Shown piece after piece: positions 56,728 through 64,000 of a DNA stretch of 64,000 nt. Below the pieces are notes generated by a model. It ran no database searches. It saw only the letters and a program-made list of their open reading frames with translations, and was not told the origin of the DNA. Source of the DNA: Gammaproteobacteria bacterium (lineage in GTDB: Bacteria > Pseudomonadota > Gammaproteobacteria > Eutrophobiales > Eutrophobiaceae). The DNA lies in NCBI GenBank assembly GCA_965221695.1, contig OZ244905.1:32001-96000 (forward strand), read 5' to 3'. Position numbers and translations under genes: made by a program. The stretch's first letter is position 1. Every line of letters begins with the position of its first letter.

Positions 56728-57966
56728 TTGTCGTCAGACGTGGCATCCACACTTTTTATCAACGCAAACCTGTTTGATGGCGAACTGAATGAACTCAAGG
56801 AGGGGTATCATGTTCTTGTTGAAGGGGCGAACATTCGCGAAGTTTCTGACAAGCCGATAAATTCATCTGCTGCGCAGGTCATCAATGTCAAGAGCAGGAC
56901 ACTGATGCCTGGATTGATCGATGCGCATGTTCACGTAACCGATCACGATGTATCACCTGCCGCACTCCTTAAATTGCCGCCATCATGGGTAGCGCTTAAA
57001 GCGGCGCAACTGATGCAAAAAATGTTAATGCGCGGTTTTACCTCGATACGCGATGCCGCTGGCGCCGACCACGGTCTGGCAAGCGCGGTGGAAGAGGATT
57101 TGATTATCGGACCCAGGCTGTTTCACTGCGGTCGCGGCCTCAGTCAAACCGGAGGTCATGGAGACTTTCGAGAACCCGGCGACGACACAGATCCATGCCG
57201 CTGTGGCGGTAAAGGTATGACAATTATTGCCGATGGCGTTGACGCGGTGAGGAAAGCTGCTCGGGATGAACTGCGCAAAGGCGCTCATGCAATAAAGATA
57301 ATGGCTTCAGGAGGCGTTACATCTCCTACCGACCCGCTGATGAGCATACAATATTCGGCAGATGAAATACGGGCTGTCGTTGAAGAAGCAAAACACCACG
57401 GAACTTATGTAATGGCCCATGCCTACGGTAATGATGCAATCAGCAGAGCGCTGGATTGCGGTGTTCGTTCCATAGAACACGCCAATTTTATTGAATTGGA
57501 AACGGCCGCAGCCGCGACCCGCTTGAACGCTTATGTCATCCCTACCCTGGTAACTTATAACGCGATGATAAGCCGCGGAACAGAAATCGGCCTGCCCGAT
57601 TACAGTAGGAAAAAAGTCGTTGAAGTGCAGCAGGCCGGCCTGAAAAGCCTGGAATATTTACTGGAAGCGGGGACAAATACCGGGTTCGGAACAGATTTGT
57701 TCGGGCCTTTACACGATATGCAATCGTATGAATTTCAAATTCGCGCAGAAATCCTAACGCCATTTGAGATACTGAAATCTGCAACGAGAACCAATGCGGA
57801 ACTACTGAATATGCGAGATAAACTCGGCTGCATAAAACCCGGCGCCCTGGCTGATATGCTGATCATTAAAGGCAACCCATTGCGTAATATATCTGTTCTC
57901 CAACAACCGGAGACCGCTATAACCCATATTATGAAATCAGGCAGATTTTACAAGCGTTCGGACTGA
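56728..57966 (+). CDS. Metal-dependent amidohydrolase (paralog of 13790)
   Basis: 'MPGLIDAHVH', 'GFTSIRDAAG', 'SQTGGHGD', 'IKIMASGGV.SP.DP', 'AHAY', 'IEHAN', 'GTD'. Confidence 0.9.
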   Translation: MSSDVASTLFINANLFDGELNELKEGYHVLVEGANIREVSDKPINSSAAQVINVKSRTLMPGLIDAHVHVTDHDVSPAALLKLPPSWVALKAAQLMQKMLMRGFTSIRDAAGADHGLASAVEEDLIIGPRLFHCGRGLSQTGGHGDFREPGDDTDPCRCGGKGMTIIADGVDAVRKAARDELRKGAHAIKIMASGGVTSPTDPLMSIQYSADEIRAVVEEAKHHGTYVMAHAYGNDAISRALDCGVRSIEHANFIELETAAAATRLNAYVIPTLVTYNAMISRGTEIGLPDYSRKKVVEVQQAGLKSLEYLLEAGTNTGFGTDLFGPLHDMQSYEFQIRAEILTPFEILKSATRTNAELLNMRDKLGCIKPGALADMLIIKGNPLRNISVLQQPETAITHIMKSGRFYKRSD

Positions 57967-57985
57967 CCTGAAAAGATAATATCTG

Positions 57986-59527
57986 ATGCGACGAATAGGA
58001 ATTGACGTCGGAAGCACCCATACTGACGCCGTAATCATGGATGGTCCGGATATTATCGCCACCTGTAAAGCGCCGACCAGTCCAGATATAGCGACCGGCA
58101 TTGTCGCGGCAGCGACGACAGCTTTATCTGCTTCCCGGATGTCGCGAGCGACTATTGCTGGTGTCATGATTGGCACAACCCAATTTACCAATGCCATAGT
58201 ACAACGATGTGGTTTGTCAAAGGTGGCTGCAATGCGCATAGGCGCACAATCAACCTCGGCGCTACCGCCTTTTTACGATTGGCCACCTGACCTCAAAGAG
58301 ACAATACAAGGAGATGTTTACATGATAAACGGTGGTCATGAATTTACAGGCAAACCCCTGGCCGTTTTTGACCTGCAAGCATTCTATGCGGCTTGTGACA
58401 GTATCACGCAAGCCGGTCTCGACTCACTTTCCGTTTGTAGCGTGTTCGCTTCGGTCAACCCGGAGACCGAGCTTTGGATAAGGCAGCAGGCTACAGAAAA
58501 ACGGTTGGTTCGATATGTTTCAGTTTCCAATGAACTAGGTGGCACAGGCATCTATCACCGGGAAAATGCTACATTGCTGAATGCCGCATTGATGCCATTG
58601 GCTGCAAATGTTCTGCAAGCATATCGCGCGGCCTTCAAGGACCTGGGTCTGTCAGCAAAACTGTTTCTTACCCAGAATGACGGCACCCTGATGGAAGCTG
58701 AGTTTGCCGCGCGTTATCCGGCGTTGACAATTTCTTCCGGACCAACCAATTCCATGCGTGGCGCCGCGTATCTTTCTGGAGAGGACAATGCCATGGTCGT
58801 TGATGTAGGGGGAACTACCAGCGATGTCGGTATGCTAATGAACGGCTTTCCCCGCCGTTCTGGAATTGAGGTGGAGCTCGGCGGGGTACTGACCAACTTT
58901 CGCATGCCGGATGTGTTGGCGATCGGGCTGGGAGGAGGAAGTCTTGTCACAGAACAGGGAAGCAAACTGGGACCTGCATCAGTCGGTCACGACTTGATGA
59001 CAAAAGCAATATGTTTTGCTGGGAATGTGTTGACTGCCACGGATATTGCCTGTGCTGCCGGATCTATGGACTTCGGCCAGGCAAACCTGTTGGTGGACCT
59101 GGATACAGCCACGCTGACTGCGGCCATGTCTACAATGTTTGACATGTATAGCAACGTAGTTGATCGCATGAAGACCAGCCCGGATTCTCTCCCACTGATA
59201 GTTGTTGGCGGTGGCAGTTTTCTTGTCCCGGACAATCTTCCCGGGATCACAAAAATCATCCGGCCCGAGTACGCGGACGTAGCCAATGCTGTTGGCGCAG
59301 CCATTGGTAAAATCGGCGGTGAAGCTGAAATTGTCTATTCCCGCGCTAATCAGGAACGCGCCGCTGCCCACGATCAAGTACGAAACCAGGCAATAGAACG
59401 AGCAATTGCAGCAGGCGCGGATAAAACCACCATTGAGATCACAGAGATGGATGAAATACCAATCAGCTATCTGGAAGATCCGGTTGTAAGGTTACGAGCA
59501 AAAGCCGCGGGCGAGATGCAATTATGA
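57986..59527 (+). CDS. Short-form hydantoinase/oxoprolinase A-like protein (DUF917-associated type)
   Basis: 'IGIDVGSTHTDAV', 'IGTTQFTNA', 'RENATLLNA', 'TQNDGTL', 'SGPTNSMRGA', 'DVGGTTSD', 'ANAVGAA'. Confidence 0.88.
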   Translation: MRRIGIDVGSTHTDAVIMDGPDIIATCKAPTSPDIATGIVAAATTALSASRMSRATIAGVMIGTTQFTNAIVQRCGLSKVAAMRIGAQSTSALPPFYDWPPDLKETIQGDVYMINGGHEFTGKPLAVFDLQAFYAACDSITQAGLDSLSVCSVFASVNPETELWIRQQATEKRLVRYVSVSNELGGTGIYHRENATLLNAALMPLAANVLQAYRAAFKDLGLSAKLFLTQNDGTLMEAEFAARYPALTISSGPTNSMRGAAYLSGEDNAMVVDVGGTTSDVGMLMNGFPRRSGIEVELGGVLTNFRMPDVLAIGLGGGSLVTEQGSKLGPASVGHDLMTKAICFAGNVLTATDIACAAGSMDFGQANLLVDLDTATLTAAMSTMFDMYSNVVDRMKTSPDSLPLIVVGGGSFLVPDNLPGITKIIRPEYADVANAVGAAIGKIGGEAEIVYSRANQERAAAHDQVRNQAIERAIAAGADKTTIEITEMDEIPISYLEDPVVRLRAKAAGEMQL

Positions 59528-59566
59528 ATTATGGCGAGTTATCCACAACAGACGAAAGAAGATACC

Positions 59567-60661
59567 ATGAATATCACCGATAATGATATTGCGGATATCG
59601 CCCTTGGCGGCGCTTTTCTTGCTTGTGGGGGTGGAGGTGATGTTTTGGTCGGCCGGATGATAACCGAACGGATTTTGCGGAAACACGGAGATGTTTGCTT
59701 GCTTCCACTCCATGAAATAGCCGATGATGCGACGGTCATTGCCGTGGGAGGGGTTGGAGCGCCATCTATCATGAACGAGAAAGTGTCTAATGGGTCTGAA
59801 GCAGTGATGGCGCTGAGCTTGCTAGAAGAATACATAGGACGCAAAGCAGAAGCGCTGATTGCGTTTGAGGCGGGAGGTTTCAATTCGCTGGTCCCTGTCA
59901 TGATTGCATCACAATTGAAATTACCGGTACTGGATGCGGACGGCATGGGGCGCGCATTTCCTGAAATGCAGATGGAAACTTTCAGTATCTATGGTGTTTC
60001 GGCAACACCACTGACACTGGTCGGTAATGAAGGCAATAATGTCATCATGAATATGGCTGATGCGAGCACGGCCGAGAAACTGGTACGGCAGTTTACCATT
60101 CTTGGAGGCGGTGGCGCCTGTTACAGCGCGGAACATATCATGGATGGGAAGACCGTCAAGCGGGTGGCTGTTCCCGGCACGATAAGCCTGAGTTTACAAT
60201 TGGGCCGTTGCTTGCGGAAAAATCATGGAGATATTGACAACTTCCTGCAGGAATTGGAGGAGATTTTACAACCGTCCCATTATGGTAAACCACATATTCT
60301 GTTTACAGGCAAGGTCATTGATGTAGATCGCCAGGTAGAGGGAGGTTATGACGTCGGAATAGTCACTCTGGTTGAATTCGGCGTTGGCGGAAAAACATTG
60401 AAAATCGATGTGCAGAACGAATTCCTGACTGCCATCTCAGAAGAGAAAATCCTGGCCACAGCGCCCGACCTGGTTTGTATGTTGGATAGCGATACAGTCC
60501 AGCCAATCACACAGGAAACTCTGCGTTATGGACAACGCGTAACGGTTATAGCTGTTACCGCCCCGGAAATCCTGCAGACTGAACAAGCGCTTGAAGTGGT
60601 CGGACCCAGATGTTTTGGTATCGATCTTGAGTATATACCTGTAGAGCAGCGGCTTAAATAG
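59567..60661 (+). CDS. DUF917 family protein
   Basis: 'DIALGGAFLACGGGGD', 'GAPS', 'EAGGFNS', 'LDADGMGRAFPEMQM', 'QNEFL', 'PDLVC', 'LRYGQRV', 'VGPRCFG'. Confidence 0.9.
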   Translation: MNITDNDIADIALGGAFLACGGGGDVLVGRMITERILRKHGDVCLLPLHEIADDATVIAVGGVGAPSIMNEKVSNGSEAVMALSLLEEYIGRKAEALIAFEAGGFNSLVPVMIASQLKLPVLDADGMGRAFPEMQMETFSIYGVSATPLTLVGNEGNNVIMNMADASTAEKLVRQFTILGGGGACYSAEHIMDGKTVKRVAVPGTISLSLQLGRCLRKNHGDIDNFLQELEEILQPSHYGKPHILFTGKVIDVDRQVEGGYDVGIVTLVEFGVGGKTLKIDVQNEFLTAISEEKILATAPDLVCMLDSDTVQPITQETLRYGQRVTVIAVTAPEILQTEQALEVVGPRCFGIDLEYIPVEQRLK

Positions 60662-60701
60662 GGAAAATTGAAAAGTCAATCCCATATATCCGGGTATTGC
60701 G

Positions 60702-61865
60702 ATGGCCGCTGATGCCGACCTGAAGAACAGGGTCATAGTTGCCGCCAGCATCCTGATGGTGGGCATAGCAGGCAATGCTTTTACACCGTTTGCTCCTTCA
60801 ATCATCGGCGCCCTGGTCGATTATCTGGAATTCTCACTGGAAGCTGCCGGCAGGCTGACTTCGTTGGAGTTTGGCGCCACTTCATTAGGTACAGTTGTGT
60901 CCACGTTGTGCCTGCACCGTCCCGGATTAAATCTTAAACGGATTGCTTTTTTCTGTTTAGTCGCGCTCATCGTCTGTAACCTGTTAACTGTCTTCAGCTA
61001 CGCAAATATGGCTTTACTTGCCACTTGTCGTTTCGTATCGGGATTTGCTGCCGGTATTACCTGGTGCGCTGCCGCTGTCACTGTCACCAGGATAAAGGAT
61101 GTGGAACGCACCTCCGCCTTGCTTTATGGCTCGCCTTATTTCATGGGAGCCATGGGATTATCTTTCTTGCCTCTGATTTATCCGTACTATGGCGTCTCCG
61201 GCGCTTATTTCACGATTATCTTCATCTGCTCGCTTGCCGTACCTGTCCTGTTATTGTATTTCCCTGCAGGCGCCCATCCACAAGCAGCCGGTAACGCAGC
61301 AAATAAAAGTTTTTCGAGCCAGGAAATCTCATGGCTTGGACTTGGCATCCTGTTGCTGGCGTTATTCATCAATTATGCCGCAAATTCCGGCATCTGGTCT
61401 TATTTTGAACGACTGGGCGTTTCCTATGGACACACAGCTAAAACTGTAGGGCCTGTCGTGGGAGCAAGCCAACTGTTAGCGTTGGTTGGCGTATTTTGTG
61501 CGGCAGTACTCGGCGGGCGTGTTGGTGAAATTAAACCAATTCTCATCGGCACATTGTTGATAACGATGAGCACGCTTTTACTGTTATTCTCATCATCATT
61601 AACAATGTTTTTCTGTGCTATGGCCATTTTCAACTTTTCGATCACCTTTCTTACGCCTTATTACTTTGTGCTGCTGGGTCGTTTGACGCCTTCTGGCCGT
61701 GGGGTGCTCTGGGGAAACCTGGTTTTATGGTTGGGTTTCTCTTCCGGGCCAGCGCTGGTATCACTCGTGATCAAGAATGGCAATTTTGATTTGTCCATTA
61801 TCCTGACAATAGTTGGTTTTATCATCAGCGCGTTATTGATCCTGGCATTTACAGTCATAGATTAA
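60702..61865 (+). CDS. MFS transporter
   Basis: 387 aa with about 12 hydrophobic segments; 'CRFVSGFAAG', 'W.YFERLG'. Confidence 0.85.
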   Translation: MAADADLKNRVIVAASILMVGIAGNAFTPFAPSIIGALVDYLEFSLEAAGRLTSLEFGATSLGTVVSTLCLHRPGLNLKRIAFFCLVALIVCNLLTVFSYANMALLATCRFVSGFAAGITWCAAAVTVTRIKDVERTSALLYGSPYFMGAMGLSFLPLIYPYYGVSGAYFTIIFICSLAVPVLLLYFPAGAHPQAAGNAANKSFSSQEISWLGLGILLLALFINYAANSGIWSYFERLGVSYGHTAKTVGPVVGASQLLALVGVFCAAVLGGRVGEIKPILIGTLLITMSTLLLLFSSSLTMFFCAMAIFNFSITFLTPYYFVLLGRLTPSGRGVLWGNLVLWLGFSSGPALVSLVIKNGNFDLSIILTIVGFIISALLILAFTVID

Positions 61866-61894
61866 CGCAATCCGGGCCAGCCTTTATGATTTAT

Positions 61895-62078
61895 GGAGCC
61901 TCTGAGACTTAAGGAACCTCTGATTAAGTCAGAGGTTCCTACGATACAAGGATGTATCGTCAATATCAATGACTGTAAGGCATTGATATTGTGAGGAAAA
62001 CAAAAATCGCATTTTTGTTTTCCGTACTCTGACAAGTCCAGGATGGACTTGTTCAGAGTTTCCTTAATCAGAGATTCT
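61895..62078. mobile_element. Solo hairpin mini-element (29 bp, TTAT duplication) split by an inserted full MITE A
   Basis: TTAT-GGAGCCTCTGAGAC-TTAA-[151 bp]-TTAA-TCAGAGATTCT-TTAT. Confidence 0.75.
61913..62063 (-). mobile_element. MITE family A, 151-bp full copy, TTAA target duplication
   Basis: TTAA at 61909-61912 and 62064-62067. Confidence 0.92.
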
Positions 62079-63170
62079 TTATGTTAATCCTGCTATATCT
62101 TCAGGAATTACGCCAAGTTTACAAATCACTTTATCATCCAGGCAGACTGTTGGACGCATCAGTAATATATCCCAGTGAATATGGGATACGACAGGTTCAA
62201 GTTCGGAACCATGCCACATGCGCGTCAACAGACTGCTATCACCTATCCCGCAACAAACCGTGCCCCGTAATTTTTCAAATTCCTGGTGCTGGGTCAGCAT
62301 CGCTCTTGAATTGGTACCGAGGTTGAGGTGAACAGGACCATAACGCGCAGAATCATCGGGTTGAGCATTCAGCCAATTACTGAGACGATCTCGGAATAAT
62401 GCCTCGCCTTTGATATCTACAATCTTTCCATTGTCAAACGTTAATAATACAGGCGAGTTCGGTGTTTCATGGTCGTAGGCCGGCTCATACAAGAGAAATC
62501 CGTCAACAGCCATAACGCCTTTGCCCCTGCCTTTGGGTATAACGATCCCGGGAGCTGCCGGTGGCAACGACGCCCAGGTCCCCGTCCATTTCTTCAGGTC
62601 AGGATTCCATAAGAATTCATCCGATGAAATACCTTGTAATCCTTGTATGTCGAGTTCAAAATCCGTGCCTTCTTCCGATGTCATACGCAATGTTTCGGCC
62701 TTGCTAAACAAATCAGCGATATTCCAGGCTTCCTTGCGCAATGCGTGAATGTCTGCGTTCAGCATCGTCCGTATCAGTGTGTCCTCAAGATGGTGGCCGC
62801 CGGGACCATCACCCGGCGAGATAATCCGTGCGCCCCGCTCGACTGCTTGCGCCATGAACTCTGCATACCCCACTGCAAGGTCGACTATCAAGTCTGCTTC
62901 ACGGGCGGCTGCCACAACCATCGGGTTCCATTCATACCCGGGTTGTAATGACGGTGGAGGCGGCATCGCATTCTCGGAAACCGAGACCTGTGCTCCCAAA
63001 GTCATAGCCATACCCATGAACAGGGACACGACATGATGGGGTGTGCGCGAATCTGCTATGATCAATACCTTGGCGCCTGCTTGAAGGTTACACATGTCTC
63101 GGTAGATCTTATCGACTACCACGACAAATTCGGGTTTCAAGCCGGCGCTGACATCTGTCGTCTCAGCCAT
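62079..63170 (-). CDS. M29-aminopeptidase-fold protein with NicX (2,5-dihydroxypyridine dioxygenase)-like metal ligands
   Basis: 'ADLIVD', 'S.EGTDF', 'G.MAVDG', 'F.NGKI.DI.G', 'YGPVHLNLG', 'HIHWDI....TV.LDDK'. Confidence 0.65.
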   Translation of the reverse strand: MAETTDVSAGLKPEFVVVVDKIYRDMCNLQAGAKVLIIADSRTPHHVVSLFMGMAMTLGAQVSVSENAMPPPPSLQPGYEWNPMVVAAAREADLIVDLAVGYAEFMAQAVERGARIISPGDGPGGHHLEDTLIRTMLNADIHALRKEAWNIADLFSKAETLRMTSEEGTDFELDIQGLQGISSDEFLWNPDLKKWTGTWASLPPAAPGIVIPKGRGKGVMAVDGFLLYEPAYDHETPNSPVLLTFDNGKIVDIKGEALFRDRLSNWLNAQPDDSARYGPVHLNLGTNSRAMLTQHQEFEKLRGTVCCGIGDSSLLTRMWHGSELEPVVSHIHWDILLMRPTVCLDDKVICKLGVIPEDIAGLT

Positions 63171-63240
63171 GGATGCTATACTATCAGGATTGGATTAGCT
63201 GTCATATCATCAATCGACAACCTTCTCTATTTTATGTAAA

Positions 63241-63267
63241 AGAACATCTGATTAAGTCAGAGGTTCC
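63241..63267. repeat. Solo 27-bp terminal hairpin of MITE family A with TAAA direct repeats
   Basis: TAAA-AGAACATCTGATTAAGTCAGAGGTTCC-TAAA. Confidence 0.75.
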
Positions 63268-63344
63268 TAAATTTAAAAAACCGAAATTTGACTTTTCAAC
63301 AAACAGATGGAGAGATGTCGAAAATCAGGTTATGGTTGGCTTAG

Positions 63345-63495
63345 AGAACCTCTGATTAAGTCAGAGGTTCCTACGATACAAGGATGTATCGTCAATATCA
63401 ATGACTGTAAGGCATTGATATTGTGAGAAAAACAAAAATCGCATATTTGTTTTCCGTACTCTGACAAGTCCAGGATGGACTTGTTCAGAGTTTCC
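63345..63495 (-). mobile_element. MITE family A, 151-bp full copy, TTAG target duplication
   Basis: TTAG at 63341-63344 and 63496-63499; three differences from the 61913 copy. Confidence 0.92.
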
Positions 63496-63670
63496 TTAGA
63501 TACAAATTCGGTTTAGGTTGCGTTTTCATGACAACGAATAACTTGAGGATATCTTCTGCATAGGGAATCTCCGGGACAATGCAACCAGGCTGCGCAGCTT
63601 GAAATGGTTTATCAGTTCTGCGCCCCGTTCACCCTGTCCATCCATGTAAATACGAGAGGATTTACACATC

Positions 63671-64000
63671 ATGGCAGCTATTACCCCAGATAGTTCATCC
63701 AGGCTCAAACCGGATTTTATTGCTGTAGTCGACCTGATATACAAAGATTTTTGCAACTTGCAACCTGAACACAAAGTGTTGATTATCAGCGATGCCCGCA
63801 CACCGGACTATGTTGTTGCAACATTTCAGGGTCTGGCGCAAACACTGGGCGCAGAGGCCATCCGGATTGAATGTCGTATTCCCAAGGGAGGCGCAACGTA
63901 TCAACCCGGCTCACATTGGCCTTCCATGCTTGCGGCAGCAGCCTTGGAAGCAGACTTGATTATTGACATGGCGGTGGGTTATGCAGACTTCATAGTGGAA
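63671..64000 (+). CDS. Paralog of the NicX-like protein at 62079-63170; 3'-truncated by window edge (absent from ORF track)
   Basis: GAGGA RBS. It translates MAAITPDSSSRLKPDFIAVVDLIYKDFCNLQPEHKVLIISDARTPDYVV...EADLIIDMAVGYADF and aligns to LKPEFVVVVDKIYRDMCNLQAGAKVLIIADSRTP...EADLIVDLAVGYAEF. Confidence 0.85.
   Translation, partial: MAAITPDSSSRLKPDFIAVVDLIYKDFCNLQPEHKVLIISDARTPDYVVATFQGLAQTLGAEAIRIECRIPKGGATYQPGSHWPSMLAAAALEADLIIDMAVGYADFIVE

Noticed and set aside
8385-63495. Repeats as a CRISPR array or integron attC sites
   Set aside because: Copies are dispersed, in both orientations, with TIRs and target duplications. There are no regular spacers, cas genes, integrase or RYYYAAC/GTTRRRY ends.
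63526-63904. Minus-strand ORFs 63526-63801 and 63695-63904
   Set aside because: They overlap the plus-strand NicX-like paralog starting at 63671, which has homology support.

Overview
This looks like a proteobacterial (probably gammaproteobacterial) chromosomal segment devoted almost entirely to uptake and catabolism of unusual organic compounds. From left to right it holds: a Rieske oxygenase next to a SnoaL/LinA-like protein fused to two CDGSH Fe-S domains; a VAO/PCMH-type flavocytochrome cluster interleaved with a UbiD/BsdD decarboxylase plus UbiX; a molybdopterin oxidoreductase, an arylsulfatase and an amidohydrolase; the two saccharopine dehydrogenases; a DUF433/DUF5615 toxin-antitoxin pair; three tandem hydantoinase/oxoprolinase A+B pairs with an embedded TonB-dependent receptor (TBDR); an AttEFGH-like ABC/lipocalin module; yghU; two more TBDRs; a GntR-Rieske-flavoprotein cluster; a TBDR/TPR-sulfotransferase/2OG-oxygenase operon; a hydantoinase-DUF917-MFS operon; and two divergent NicX-like paralogs. 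I found no rRNA, tRNA, CRISPR array or transposase. The most striking non-coding signal is two families of non-autonomous, highly structured elements. The first is a 151-bp five-hairpin MITE with 6 full copies, 3 decayed copies, solo 27-30-bp terminal-hairpin derivatives and one nested insertion, several with 4-bp target duplications. The second is a 459-bp MITE with perfect 19-bp TIRs that carries three copies of a four-hairpin module whose differences are almost all compensatory. All protein calls come from motif recognition by eye, not database searches.
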